Shown here in pieces: positions 11,401-21,496 of a stretch of 64,000 nt of DNA (positions are counted from its first letter, which is position 1; every line of letters starts with the position of its first letter). The translations under genes were made by a program, and so were the position numbers. Source of the stretch: a virus (taxonomy: Duplodnaviria > Caudoviricetes); the IMG/VR virus record IMGVR_UViG_3300031088_000758; one strand, given 5' to 3'. The notes beneath the pieces were generated by a model. The model ran no database searches. It saw only the letters and a program-made list of their open reading frames with translations, and was not told the DNA's origin.

Positions 11401-12764
11401 CATTGAGCCATTGTTTCTAGCTTCTGATTACCTTCAGCATCCCAAGTGTATTTTGCTTTATCGTTTGATTCAGGATCATTTCCACGATCTCTTATTTCAA
11501 AAGCTACCTGAGCAGCTTTCGCACATTCAGGCTCAGTAACTCCAGGCGCTATTTTACCGTTTCCGTACTTTATCTCTTCGTTTCTGCCGCTTTCATTGAC
11601 AATAACACACTTTGATATGGCTTCTTTGGGATCAGGTGGACCTTCTTTAATTTGTCTTAACTCACCTGGAATAGTGGCTAAATCAGGTGAAGATGAGGTA
11701 AGCATTGAAATAATCGTATTTTGTGTTCTTGCAGCCATTTCTGTTTCAGTTAACTCACGAGCATTATATAGAGTTCCACCATAAGATACACGATACCAAG
11801 CATTAGTTGCAAAAACATTATGATCTGAAGTGTCTAATATGGAATTTATACTTGATGATGCAGCACCTGACCAGAATCCAGAGAATCCACCACCTACGGC
11901 TGAGAAAAAGTTTCCTGTTGATAATCCATCCATGAAACCTTGAGCACTGCCTGAAACACCACCAGCAACACCTTGTGCAACAGAAGTGACTCCCATTTTA
12001 AAATCATCCATGAAACCAAAGTTAGACATTGCACGAGCTGTTGTCATGACTTTTATATGGTCCCATTCACCATTGTACGTAGTGTAGCTTAGGTTATATC
12101 CATATAATTCTAAGGCTGTGTATTTAACAGCTCTTTCATTGGGATTAACAGGAGCACCATCTGCGGGGATTCCTTGTGGCAAACCAAAAACAGAAGCATC
12201 CAATGTTGCACTTGTTGTGTTGCCACCAATAATTCCTTGCTGAGAACCAACGGATAAGAAATCTTGAATAAGTTCAGTAAGAATATTCGGGATATCGCAA
12301 TTATGGTATACTGGAGTCCCTGAATGAGGATTATCAGCACTACATTGGAGTCCTACTGGAACGCTGTTATCGGAGCTATAGCCTTTAGAAGTATCATTAA
12401 TATAGTGAATGCTGAATAAACGTGATAGAACATATCCGAACGAATCTTTGTCCTCTTTTGCACTTTCGGCTTTTTCTAAGGCTGGAAAAAGCGCCGACCT
12501 TTCTTCACCTTCTTTTGAATCTTCTAAAAATTTGTCAGCTGCTTCTTGAATTTTTTCTTTTGCTTCATCTTCTTTTTCAGCGTGAGCTAATAAACTTCCT
12601 GAGGAAAAGATTGTTGTTGTTAAACTAGTTCCCGCAAAAACAAAGGCTAGGATTATACATATAATAGCGTATGAAGCAGTAGGTAGGCGCGAGAATCTAA
12701 CAGTATCTTGTGTTCCGTCAAGATACTGGTTGCTTAGATTAATCCTCTTTTTTTTAAAAAGCAT
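8481..12764 (-). CDS. Giant VirB6/TrbL-like membrane protein
   Basis: Paralogue of its neighbour (CENWRTFAFNPWVRGQWGT vs CQFWQAFLFRPWAQGQFGT). TM cluster LPFMFLFGIHP. Coiled-coil tail. Confidence 0.7.
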   Translation of the reverse strand: MLFKKKRINLSNQYLDGTQDTVRFSRLPTASYAIICIILAFVFAGTSLTTTIFSSGSLLAHAEKEDEAKEKIQEAADKFLEDSKEGEERSALFPALEKAESAKEDKDSFGYVLSRLFSIHYINDTSKGYSSDNSVPVGLQCSADNPHSGTPVYHNCDIPNILTELIQDFLSVGSQQGIIGGNTTSATLDASVFGLPQGIPADGAPVNPNERAVKYTALELYGYNLSYTTYNGEWDHIKVMTTARAMSNFGFMDDFKMGVTSVAQGVAGGVSGSAQGFMDGLSTGNFFSAVGGGFSGFWSGAASSSINSILDTSDHNVFATNAWYRVSYGGTLYNARELTETEMAARTQNTIISMLTSSSPDLATIPGELRQIKEGPPDPKEAISKCVIVNESGRNEEIKYGNGKIAPGVTEPECAKAAQVAFEIRDRGNDPESNDKAKYTWDAEGNQKLETMAQWKSNNSEMFKTADKYNLQCDINTNESARKDTLASFRICWNTNYSIVVKNVENQEQYDSNVEWLTNLFNPANISNWITGNHKENFNAPWNRYVCVDSKGNDILDSNGQLVPLYDYNGDLNEGCKPVRPPIQNGFFGNGYESSQKQPGIDTRYKNSSDNFLSIIFPIDRIVSSIGNVGLTIASFATRISNTVISLSYEPVLKTLGIDKLVVELIERFRESLFFPLITLFIGLAGVQIMWNVGRNKNYQTQAGSILMLCLTIIAGTILMFKPAMVVNAVDEVPSMVETAIMGSVFSLGNRSDDNLCHATGSIAGSNFVDLDGNAIGIGTNEGTRVLMCENWRTFAFNPWVRGQWGTDYSNLYAANSGNENTMTNTNQALVGNASVNMGGGFNERNWALYQLDTMSSGTAYFKDLETPTGRLDTDLYRIVDLQAGPNNGAGTDSRYFEAWSGQTLERALIGPLSAIVAIIGAITVISYSLAKIQIAFVMTMMLILLPFMFLFGIHPTMGRLKLKGYIGSIIGLMVQRIVLVTILAVLFRIVAQLGTLSENYLLSIVFTVAILLFFIGARKSILRFVFETISSGFGQPIGQQFMDKPKEWIDQNIRDKHTSGSLLGNNIKRAQVGATAFAGGAIGGYMSGGKGARGKAAWDNIKGEASKSSQQAVARLKNRQRHRGFGLAQTMIESRIAAEQQTEQRLNEHGLAKDIRKSAHEKTEKHRQYESELQKYESLKAEETVEQNPVTKSDEKFKIDADGTKVVKPEPPVMSNMATGAIASRRLSRQINTREKMNKVQEEINKQNLEEIRSMNQDSRSFVNNYNDAKNSDVNTDQTELSEDELSSISHLEESALVKPIRDEIEEVKVKRQERRRALAESKDIKDKDTRDKTVAYIKRQISNYNQTLKELEKKYEDTIASSSVTLQAQEDIRSMNDRNNEELSKSLDKDSEKLANITDKQQMNQERIEEMRNLVHGLVHRAKKD

Positions 12765-12912
12765 CTACAACTTCTCCAAAGTAATACCATATTGATTCAA
12801 GATTCATATGTTCTTTTATCTTTTATTTTCTAAAAATTTTTAATATTTTCCACATTAAATCATCAATATGAATATCTACTACGCTTCTTTAAATGTATTG
12901 AAAAAATAATTA

Positions 12913-13467
12913 TTATTTTTCAGTGTTATCTCTGTCGTTTATTGCATATAAGACCGCTTTGCATGTATCTGGTCTATTACCGCAAAATCTACAATCGTAT
13001 CCATACTTGCGAGACTTCTGAACATAATGATTTTCATAAACTTTAACTTTTCGAAAGCCGAGACAGAACAACAAATCTTCGCTTCCAATAAGAGGAACAC
13101 CTGGTTCACCATCTCTATCGTCAATACCAGGTGTTTTTAACATTAATTCTACTCTGTCTACTCCGTATGCTGACATTTTTCGTAAAACACCAAATGTTAA
13201 TAATGTTCCGAAACCTTCTTTTCGATAAGGAGTAGCTACACAAACTGCATCAACTATTCCCGTAACATATGTTCTGCCATTTCCTAATCTTGTGTTTTCA
13301 AAATGGTATAAAGCAAAACCAATAAAAATTCCATCAGAAATTTTAATCATTAGATGGTAAGTGTGAGAATAGCTGAACAAAGATTTAAGTACACCAAGAC
13401 CTAGTGCATCATTGGCAATATGTTTAATCTCCAAAGGGAGTGAAGCATAAGTTAATTTGGAGCTCAT
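12913..13467 (-). CDS. GNAT-family acetyltransferase with C-terminal Cys cluster
   Basis: Motif A AVCVATPYRKEGFGTLL, LGF motif, and CRFCGNRPDTC. Confidence 0.75.
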   Translation of the reverse strand: MSSKLTYASLPLEIKHIANDALGLGVLKSLFSYSHTYHLMIKISDGIFIGFALYHFENTRLGNGRTYVTGIVDAVCVATPYRKEGFGTLLTFGVLRKMSAYGVDRVELMLKTPGIDDRDGEPGVPLIGSEDLLFCLGFRKVKVYENHYVQKSRKYGYDCRFCGNRPDTCKAVLYAINDRDNTEK

Positions 13468-13569
13468 TAAATCCTCTTTCTTAGTTAAAAACTACAAGCA
13501 TAATTATAATATCATTTATACAACTGTATTTCTAAGCAAGATAAAAAGAAAACGCACACTTTTAGAGTC

Positions 13570-14034
13570 TCAGTATTCTTCTTCATCATCATGCAAAAAC
13601 GGATTATACGGATCTGTTTTTTCAGTAGGTTCATTATTGCTTTTTTCAGAAGTCAATTGGTTATCCTTAGATTTTCTATTTCTAGGTTTAAGCCCGTATT
13701 CTTTGTAAATATCGCGCCAATTATTGCGATCTATAACATCTTTCTCGCCATTAAATTGATTGAACCTGATCTTCCACAATTCTTTTAAATGTTTAGACAA
13801 AGATATGGTTAACCTTTGATGGTTGTCAATCTTTTGTCCTTTACCAAAAGAATAACCTTTCCATTCTTTTGATTTGATATGAATCAAGCCTAAGAAAGAA
13901 AACTTGCCTTCATTGATGATTTCTTCTACCATGACATCTAACATGGAATTGACAATCATTTCTACTACATCTTGACGGATATTAGAGTGTTCAGAAATTT
14001 TTTTGATAAATAAGTATTTTTTAGAGTATGCCAT
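13570..14034 (-). CDS. HU/IHF-like DNA-binding protein (divergent)
   Basis: IKKISEHSNIRQDVVEMIVNSMLDVMVEEIINEGKFSFLGL..RLTISLSKHLKE resembles the HU fold. Confidence 0.6.
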   Translation of the reverse strand: MAYSKKYLFIKKISEHSNIRQDVVEMIVNSMLDVMVEEIINEGKFSFLGLIHIKSKEWKGYSFGKGQKIDNHQRLTISLSKHLKELWKIRFNQFNGEKDVIDRNNWRDIYKEYGLKPRNRKSKDNQLTSEKSNNEPTEKTDPYNPFLHDDEEEY

Positions 14035-14059
14035 AGTGTTTTTAAAACCTTATCAGTAA

Positions 14060-14530
14060 TCAGCTAGAATATGAGCCAACACCATAAAATACGGCTGTTC
14101 TTGCCCATGTTTTAATTTTTGATTGAATAAAATCCGCAAAATGAGACAGTTCTATGGATTCTTCATTCTTTTCTTGATCCAGTTCCCACCCATCACGTGT
14201 GTAAAAAAGTCTAGCACTTGGCAATTTTACATCTTCAGGTGCGGGAAGAGTTATCTCAATACCTCTTTTGTGTGAGTTAGCTCGAATAGTGAGCTGATCT
14301 GAAAAATCCCAATTATTTTTAGCATGATCCGAAGTTTTCATTCTTACTTGCTCTTTGGCATAATTAAAAATAGTCTCTTTTTGTTTGTAATTAATATAAA
14401 CTCCCCATTTTTTGCTTGATTTTTCTAATTCTTTTTCCATCTCATCTGATAGAATCTCAGCAAAATTTTCGGGTAGATTTATATGTATAATCATCTTAGT
14501 ATCAGTTCTCACAGTATTTATGCCTCTCAT
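14060..14530 (-). CDS. Hypothetical protein
   Basis: Co-oriented 156 aa ORF, no recognised motif. Confidence 0.55.
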   Translation of the reverse strand: MRGINTVRTDTKMIIHINLPENFAEILSDEMEKELEKSSKKWGVYINYKQKETIFNYAKEQVRMKTSDHAKNNWDFSDQLTIRANSHKRGIEITLPAPEDVKLPSARLFYTRDGWELDQEKNEESIELSHFADFIQSKIKTWARTAVFYGVGSYSS

Positions 14531-14570
14531 TTTATTAATGTTAAGAAATTACAATAATATCTTATCAATA

Positions 14571-14608
14571 AAATAATGACCCAACCAAAAATAGTTGGGT
14601 CATTATTT
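14571..14608 (-). terminator. Intrinsic terminator hairpin after HU gene
   Basis: AAATAATGACCCAAC / GTTGGGTCATTATTT inverted repeat. Confidence 0.7.
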
Positions 14609-14621
14609 ATGAAATTTTATT

Positions 14622-14921
14622 TCATTCAGATTCTGCTTCTCCAGCAACAACATCTCTGAAGTGCCTGAAAATACGAACTTTTACAGCATTACGCTCAGGA
14701 ACAGTAATTTCTTCACCAGAAATAGGTGAGATTGCTTTACGCTCTGAACGAACAACAGGTGTGAATGCTACGAATCCGCTAATCTTCACTTCTACTTTGC
14801 CTACAACTGACTCTTCAACAGTCTCTTGGAACGCTGTTAAGAAACGATCAGTTGCCGCTTTGCTCTCGCCTGTTTTTTCTGCAATTTTTGCTACTAACTC
14901 GGGTCTATTCATAACTGACAT
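14622..14921 (-). CDS. hup: HU-family DNA-binding protein
   Basis: MNRPELVAKIAEKTGESKA..VKISGFVAF..RSERKAISPISGEEITVPER is a canonical HU pattern. Confidence 0.88.
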   Translation of the reverse strand: MSVMNRPELVAKIAEKTGESKAATDRFLTAFQETVEESVVGKVEVKISGFVAFTPVVRSERKAISPISGEEITVPERNAVKVRIFRHFRDVVAGEAESE

Positions 14922-15117
14922 ACTTTATCTCCAATCTAATTTAACTTACATTTACTCTAAAAATAGTCCGATAAAATCCTGACTTTTTATTAATTTTAAT
15001 ATCAGAACAATCTTTTTAAGAAAAATATCTAAAAAATAATCTAACTATTTGAAGCCTATATTATTATAACATTTTATTAATGAAAAACACAGAATAAGTT
15101 GAGCATTCTGTAATTTA

Positions 15118-15417
15118 TTATTTTCTGTCTAAGAAACTTTCTACATTCAAATTATTTTCTTCATCCTCGTAGAACAAAGATGAAGCTTCGCCTTCTTCTA
15201 GTACTTCTGTTGGTTCTTCTTCAACTTCAGAAGTATCTAGCCCTAACTCCGACAAAGAAGGAAGAATTTCGCTTTTTTGTTCATCACGAGAAGCTTTTAT
15301 CTTTAGAGCAAGGATAATAAGCAGAAAAACTGCCAACAATCCAATTACTCCAGTAAAACCATAAATGATTAGTTGACGTTCTTGAATCGTCATAGCGTTC
15401 AATAGTAAATTGATCAT
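15118..15417 (-). CDS. Small membrane-anchored acidic protein
   Basis: N-terminal TM. 4-nt overlap with the upstream gene. Confidence 0.6.
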   Translation of the reverse strand: MINLLLNAMTIQERQLIIYGFTGVIGLLAVFLLIILALKIKASRDEQKSEILPSLSELGLDTSEVEEEPTEVLEEGEASSLFYEDEENNLNVESFLDRK

Positions 15418-16517
15418 CTTTTTGCTATCCTTTTTCCTTCAAATAATGAAATGTATCTAGTTGGCTTAATTATTTTATTGTGTGACTCAATGTTTTTTAT
15501 TGTTTCATATATATCGAAACTGCCTGATGTTGAACCTTCGTAGTTCTTTAAAAACTCATAAAATGGACCATTAACATCTCGCATTAGATCTTTCCACTTA
15601 GCCGAAATTTGCTTGTATTCAGTGTTCTCCAAGCCTTCTATTATAGCGTTTATTGCTTCGGATATATTGTTCATTTTTAAATCAGATAACAAAACTGCTA
15701 TTGCTTCGGGTGTAAAATTATAAGCAGAAACAAAAGTTCCAATCAAAGTCTCTTCAAAAATAGGAGTGCTTGTCTCTGAAAGTTTGATTTCAGCACTATA
15801 ATCTTCTAATGGGTCCAGTAGATTAGTATGGTTAAGGTTCTGTTCAAAGTTTTCTTGTTCTTCAATAATACTGATAGTCATGTTTTGATTAACCGCATAA
15901 GGCTTATCTTCTTTTTCAAGTTTTCCGTTCATAGTCTTTAAATCGGCTTTACCTGAAATAAAGAAATCAAGAACTTCTTCATTTGTAGCATAACGACCAA
16001 TTGATTCGGAAAGTTTTTTACGCACAGCGGAAATTTTTTTGTATCTTTGAAAGCGCGAAGGAGCAATCCCAAATGGTGCTTCTAGAACATTCAATTCTTT
16101 TTTCGCATAAGTAACTATCCATTGGAACAAATAATTAGTAGAAGACTTGTTCAACTTATCTACGTCAAAATGACGGAGACCTTTAATCATTCCGTTTATA
16201 CCAGCATAGTATAGTATGTCAAATAAGTCCTCTCTACCATTCAAATGAGAACCTTTTATTATCTTATTTAATTCTCTTGTAATAAGAGGCCCTGCTAAGG
16301 AAGAAATTTTTTCTACTGCTAAATCTTTTAATCGTGCTTCAGTTTCCAGAAGATTTTTCTCAGCAGGTGATAAGTTTTCTGGCTCTTCTAAAAGTCTTTC
16401 AGCAGCTTCATCCCCACGTTGAAAGAAAGGAACATAATAGCGCAAAGCTTCTACTGTGATTCTGTCATTCGTATTCTTTCGAATGATCTTTGTAGGATTG
16501 ACTAAAGTTTCACTCAT
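15414..16517 (-). CDS. Divergent sigma-70-family factor (regions 2-3)
   Basis: AGINGMIKGLRHFDVDK..TNYLFQWI (region 2) and RKKLSESIGRYATNEEV (region 3). Confidence 0.65.
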   Translation of the reverse strand: MSETLVNPTKIIRKNTNDRITVEALRYYVPFFQRGDEAAERLLEEPENLSPAEKNLLETEARLKDLAVEKISSLAGPLITRELNKIIKGSHLNGREDLFDILYYAGINGMIKGLRHFDVDKLNKSSTNYLFQWIVTYAKKELNVLEAPFGIAPSRFQRYKKISAVRKKLSESIGRYATNEEVLDFFISGKADLKTMNGKLEKEDKPYAVNQNMTISIIEEQENFEQNLNHTNLLDPLEDYSAEIKLSETSTPIFEETLIGTFVSAYNFTPEAIAVLLSDLKMNNISEAINAIIEGLENTEYKQISAKWKDLMRDVNGPFYEFLKNYEGSTSGSFDIYETIKNIESHNKIIKPTRYISLFEGKRIAKR

Positions 16518-18895
16518 ATACTTCTTCTTCCTTGTGAGTTGTTAAATGGATTAGTAGGTAATCTTCGAGGATTATTCACCGGAATACCAGGAGAACCAAT
16601 TTCACGAAGATTGCTCTCATCAGCATCAGTCCTAATATGACCAATCGAAGGAACCTTCTTTCGTGTTTCGCTTTTCAAGAATTCATTGACATCTTGACCA
16701 CGAATTTTACAATACTCTCTAAGGCTATCAGACATGTTTCCTTCTTTGTAAAAACTGTCAGTAGCTCTATCATAAAGATAAAGTGGCTGTGTTGATATCT
16801 GAGCGTCATCATTATTGCTCAAAGTTGTAGTTATTTCTTCAATATGGCTCACTCTGTGCTTTCCGCCAGGAAGAATTATTAACTGCACAATTAATTTAAC
16901 AGCAGAGGCAATGTCTGTATTGATAGATCGAATAGGAACCCCAGGTCTTGCTTCAGATGTAAAACCTGTCATCTTTCTCAAACATGCAGAAGGTGTTTCA
17001 GCGTGGATAGTAGTCATTCCACCTTCCATTCCTGAATTAGCAGCAATTAAATATCCTCCAAATTCTTTACCTCTTACTTCTCCAATAATCAGCCTATCAC
17101 ATCTGTTACGCATAAACTGAGCAACTACCCAATCCAATGTAGCAACTTCATTAGGATTCATACCAGGAGACCAAGGTGTGGAGTTTAGATACGTTGTATT
17201 AGGTAAATCAAATTTTAGTTCGGGAGTGTCCTCGGCAATTCCTAAACGTGTTTCCTTGGGAATGAATTTACCAAGAGCCTCAAGCATTGTAGTGTTATGA
17301 GTAGGTATAAAAGATTCTGTGATCAAATAAGTTGAATCAACTCCATCTACTGTTATACATGCCATTTCTTCACGTCTGTCTGTGATAGAAATAGATTTAA
17401 TGATTCTGTTTCTATCACGTGGTTTTTGATTTTCAACTAATTTAATATATTTCTCATACTTATCTTTTTTCCTAGGCAACATAGATAAAGTAATGCCACC
17501 AGACACATATAATCGCCATATAGGTTGATAATATTCATCAGTTGTTTTCTCTCGTTTTTTGAGATAAGGTTCTTGACTGATGGAAGTTCTTAGCCCCAAG
17601 CTTGAAGAAATTTCTCTTACATCATTTATTAAATCAAGATTTGAATTACAGAAAATAAACAAACGTTTATGGACAGTTCCATCACTATCCATAAGACCTG
17701 CTAAAAGGAGTCTACGTGCTTCAACAGAAGATTTTTTGTAAATTTCTGGAATGCTTTTTTTACTTCCTTTTTCTTGCTTTCCTACAAAGATGTCTAATTT
17801 TTGTAGATTCTTTTGCATATCCTTGATATCAAACTTCCAGCGTCTACCATTGCTTCCAACAGGCTCAAGTTTTGAATCAATTCCAAGTTGTTCAAAGATT
17901 TTGACGTATTCTTTTCTGTCATCAGGATGGGCAGTCAGTCGTACAGAATTTGAATCTCCGTCTCCAAGCCATAATCCCAAGACGTAAGGATGAATAGGAA
18001 GTTCCTCTATATCCAAAGAGTCAAAGTATTCGACAGGTTTTTCTAAAATTGGAACATTGAAAGATCTTATCCCATAGTGCTTAATGTTTTTGGACTCTTG
18101 AAGCATTTCATCTGTTGTTTTAACTACATGTAAAGGGTTATCTTTCAATCTTGAATCAGAAACATATTTATCAAATTCATTAATTTTTCTGCTTTTTTGC
18201 GTGCTTACTAACCAATTATGCTCAGCATCACAATATACTTTTTCACCCGTGTTGAATTCGACTTCATATACTTGTCTAGCTGGTTGTGGGAATTTATGAG
18301 TGACTTTAACTACGTTGCCAAAACGATCAAAAACCTCATCACCAACTTTAATCTCACCCATTGTGGACCATCCTGATGGTGTAGGTATTTTGGTGTCTAG
18401 TGTCACGCTTTTACCAGCTCCGGTGGCACCTGAAATTACCATTGTGATGTTAGCTTCAACAGCCATCCTAAGGAATTTACGCATCTCATCACTCATGGAA
18501 CCAGCTGCAGCAATAGCATCTAAACTTAGCAAAGATGTAGTCTTCTTAGCAATAGTAACTTGAGGATAATCAGAAGCAGGTGGAAGTACAATATGACAAC
18601 GACCTCTAACTTCTACTTCTCCTACTTCGTATTCTAATCTTCCTTCGAAAATAAAGCTCTCTCGACTAAAAACGTTCTGACTTTTTACAAAAGGAACCAA
18701 CCCGTGTTGTATACCATTAAAATATGTTTCTTCAGTCATACGCGGAATATTGCTAATAGCTATTCTTTTTCCTGCTCGCTTCATGAAAAACTGATCAGGT
18801 CCATTAGCTGCAATCTCTGAAACTTTTGGATCTAAAAGTAGATTGAAAATAACATTCCACTCAGGGGAACGAGTTATTTGATAATTTTGCTCCAA
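16514..18895 (-). CDS. CpaF/TadA/VirB11-family secretion ATPase containing an intein
   Basis: Walker A GATGAGK|T split by the intein. IAED, DRLIIGEVRGKE and MTTIHA motifs. Start set at TTG 18895, 10 nt after AGGAG. Confidence 0.9.
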   Translation of the reverse strand: MEQNYQITRSPEWNVIFNLLLDPKVSEIAANGPDQFFMKRAGKRIAISNIPRMTEETYFNGIQHGLVPFVKSQNVFSRESFIFEGRLEYEVGEVEVRGRCHIVLPPASDYPQVTIAKKTTSLLSLDAIAAAGSMSDEMRKFLRMAVEANITMVISGATGAGKSVTLDTKIPTPSGWSTMGEIKVGDEVFDRFGNVVKVTHKFPQPARQVYEVEFNTGEKVYCDAEHNWLVSTQKSRKINEFDKYVSDSRLKDNPLHVVKTTDEMLQESKNIKHYGIRSFNVPILEKPVEYFDSLDIEELPIHPYVLGLWLGDGDSNSVRLTAHPDDRKEYVKIFEQLGIDSKLEPVGSNGRRWKFDIKDMQKNLQKLDIFVGKQEKGSKKSIPEIYKKSSVEARRLLLAGLMDSDGTVHKRLFIFCNSNLDLINDVREISSSLGLRTSISQEPYLKKREKTTDEYYQPIWRLYVSGGITLSMLPRKKDKYEKYIKLVENQKPRDRNRIIKSISITDRREEMACITVDGVDSTYLITESFIPTHNTTMLEALGKFIPKETRLGIAEDTPELKFDLPNTTYLNSTPWSPGMNPNEVATLDWVVAQFMRNRCDRLIIGEVRGKEFGGYLIAANSGMEGGMTTIHAETPSACLRKMTGFTSEARPGVPIRSINTDIASAVKLIVQLIILPGGKHRVSHIEEITTTLSNNDDAQISTQPLYLYDRATDSFYKEGNMSDSLREYCKIRGQDVNEFLKSETRKKVPSIGHIRTDADESNLREIGSPGIPVNNPRRLPTNPFNNSQGRRSI
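17294..18409 (-). mobile_element. Intein (372 aa) with LAGLIDADG homing endonuclease, class-3 signature
   Basis: Begins SVTLDTKIPTPSGWSTMGEIKVGD and ends IPTHN before Thr. LGLWLGDG and LAGLMDSDG motifs. WCT triad: EHNW, MACITV, PTHN. Confidence 0.92.
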
Positions 18896-18964
18896 GATAA
18901 TCAATCTCCTATCAAGATTAAACTAAGATTATTTATACATATACTAATATCTTTTAACTACATT

Positions 18965-21247
18965 TCAGGACAATTCAACCACTTTATCCGCTATCGAATC
19001 CAAAGATTCGTTATGAGCAATCATAATAACCTGCCCTTGACACACTTCTTTAATAGTAGAAATGCTCAAATCAGCACGATTAGAGTCTTGTGAAACGAAC
19101 ACCTCATCAAGAATAATAGGGTTTTTTGAACCGGACCCATTTAACAGCATTGAAATAGAAATTAAAAGAGCAATAGAAGATAAGGATAGTTCTCCACCAG
19201 ACAAAGAGCCTACAGAACGGGTTTTTCCATTTGATAGAACAACTTTGGTGTTAAATTTGTCGTCCATTTTAATTCCTGTGAACTTTCCTTCTGTAAATCT
19301 TGTTATTAAATCAGAAGCGTAAGATTCTATAATAGGGACAGAATTATTAATTCTATCCTTTTTGAATTCTTCAATAACTTGTACAGTAGCTTTAGCAATC
19401 TCACGACTATTAAGAAGTGCTTTGTAGCTCTTTACTTCTTTTTCTAAGTTTTCAATGTTTTGCTCAAGATTATTGATCTTTTCTTTGAAAACTTTTAAAT
19501 CGCCTGATGATTCAGTGTAAGCAATAGAATCAGAATTATATGAGTCATGAGCTGATGCCATTTTTTTGCGCACAGATTCTAAAGCTGATTCACTAATAGC
19601 ACCTGATTGTTTTATTGAATCCTGTATACTATTGAGTTCACCTTTCATAGTGTTGATGGCTTCAGCTAGCTTCTTAATTCGTGTAACCAAATTATCATAA
19701 GATTCTTTTTTGTCCGCTTGTTTCTTTGCTTCATCGTAAACTTTTGTGAGAGCATCTATTTCAGCTTCAGAAGCAACAATAGTAGCTTTAAGCTTGTCCC
19801 TTTTATCACTGTTATCTTTTATTTCGCTGTTAAGTGTTTCTGTTTCTTCTAATGCTTCGACAAGTAGAGTGAATTTTTCTACAAGATTTTCTGTTTTATC
19901 ACATGTTTCACTTAATGAAGAGATTTCTGAATCATTGCTATCAATCTTTTCATTGATTTCTTCTTTTTGTTTGTTAAGCATTTCTACTGCTGCTTTAGCA
20001 TCTTCAACATCTTGCAAACAAGTAGGGCATGTTCCTTTATCACTTGAAAGAACACGAATAGCTCTTTCAAGTTTTTTGATTTCAGAATTTAAAGAAATAT
20101 TTGAATCATGATGGTCATTAATTTTGTTTTTTAACTGTTCAACTTTTGCTTCTGCTTTGTACTGAGAGTTAGAAGCGTCCTGTAGTGTTTTGACAGTAGA
20201 TTTTTCCAATAAACTTTTATGTTGAGTAATCTTGTCTTCCGATTTTTTAATGTCTCTAATAAGTTCATTATATTGGACTTGCTTAGAGTTTAAATCACGT
20301 CTAAGTGTTTTTATTTGCGTCTCTAATTCTTCAACATTACTTCCTGCAACAACTAAGGACAATTGTTTTTTCTGAATGTCTTTTTCTTTTACTAATTCTT
20401 CTAAATTTTCTTCGTATGTTTCAATTTTAGCATTTAAAAAGTTTTCTCTCTTGCGGTTATTGTCGTTATCCTGTATTTTTTGGTATTCTTCTTCAACCTG
20501 TGTAGACAGTTTCGTGTACAAAGCCTTGCTTTTTTGAGATTTGAGCTGCAAATCTTCTACTTTTTTAGTTTCCTTCGCTAAATCAGCTACAAGTTTTGAA
20601 TATTCTTTTTTCTTTTCGACTACTTCTTTTTCGTCTACGTCTAATGCATTGACTGTTTTATTGATTACATTATACTCTTGCCTTGCTTCGGTTAATGCAT
20701 TACTAATAGAAGATATTCCAGTCAGTTTCTCAATAACCGCAGCTCTTTCTCTGGCCGTTGCTGAAATCAACTTATCAACTTCTTTTTGCTGTATTAAAAT
20801 AGCCGTAAGAAACCCTTTTTCATCCATTCTTAAAATTTTTCGAATGTAAATTTCAGCATGAGATACTGCTGGTCCAGCTTGGTGTCTGTCTTCTGACTCT
20901 TTTGTTTCTTCGTCCACAAAATGTTCAACTACATTACATTCAGTTTTTCCTTTTTTGTCAAGCATTTTTCGTTCAACCGTAAAATGTCTTCCATCCACGG
21001 TTAACTCTACTTTGACGAAACATTTGTCTTTCGGGAACGAAGCCTCTTCATTATATAAGTCTATTGCTTTTGACACACCTGGTGGTTTAGTTCCATATAA
21101 TGCCCATGCAATGCTGTCTACAATTGTAGATTTACCTGTACCATTAGCTCCACGAATAGCAGTCACACCTTCGCTATTAGGGATAAAAACAAAATGCTTA
21201 TGCGCTTGAATATTCGAAATTTCTACTTGTTTAATATTTATACTCAT
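18965..21247 (-). CDS. SbcC/Rad50-like SMC-family ATPase
   Basis: Walker A GANGTGKS, coiled coils with CPTC zinc hook, LSGGE signature, IILDE Walker B, IAH. Confidence 0.9.
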   Translation of the reverse strand: MSINIKQVEISNIQAHKHFVFIPNSEGVTAIRGANGTGKSTIVDSIAWALYGTKPPGVSKAIDLYNEEASFPKDKCFVKVELTVDGRHFTVERKMLDKKGKTECNVVEHFVDEETKESEDRHQAGPAVSHAEIYIRKILRMDEKGFLTAILIQQKEVDKLISATARERAAVIEKLTGISSISNALTEARQEYNVINKTVNALDVDEKEVVEKKKEYSKLVADLAKETKKVEDLQLKSQKSKALYTKLSTQVEEEYQKIQDNDNNRKRENFLNAKIETYEENLEELVKEKDIQKKQLSLVVAGSNVEELETQIKTLRRDLNSKQVQYNELIRDIKKSEDKITQHKSLLEKSTVKTLQDASNSQYKAEAKVEQLKNKINDHHDSNISLNSEIKKLERAIRVLSSDKGTCPTCLQDVEDAKAAVEMLNKQKEEINEKIDSNDSEISSLSETCDKTENLVEKFTLLVEALEETETLNSEIKDNSDKRDKLKATIVASEAEIDALTKVYDEAKKQADKKESYDNLVTRIKKLAEAINTMKGELNSIQDSIKQSGAISESALESVRKKMASAHDSYNSDSIAYTESSGDLKVFKEKINNLEQNIENLEKEVKSYKALLNSREIAKATVQVIEEFKKDRINNSVPIIESYASDLITRFTEGKFTGIKMDDKFNTKVVLSNGKTRSVGSLSGGELSLSSIALLISISMLLNGSGSKNPIILDEVFVSQDSNRADLSISTIKEVCQGQVIMIAHNESLDSIADKVVELS

Positions 21248-21439
21248 CTAACCCTCTTGCTTCTTGACACAGATACATGTTTCAACTTTTATTTTAACAA
21301 TTAATGAGTTAATTTATTCAAAATAGTCTGACTTAAAATCCAGATATTAAAATCGTTCTAATGAATTCTAAGATGAATTATTAACGTAAACAATCCCAGG
21401 ATACGTAAATAGGGTTTTTCGAAAAAACCTTTGAATATA

Positions 21440-21496
21440 AGAATTCTATGCCTAAAAAAGAGCCAATTTTAAAGGGTTTTTTAGGCATAGAATTCT
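21440..21496 (-). terminator. 20-bp perfect inverted repeat, probable terminator
   Basis: AGAATTCTATGCCTAAAAAA (21440-21459) / TTTTTTAGGCATAGAATTCT (21477-21496). Confidence 0.65.
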
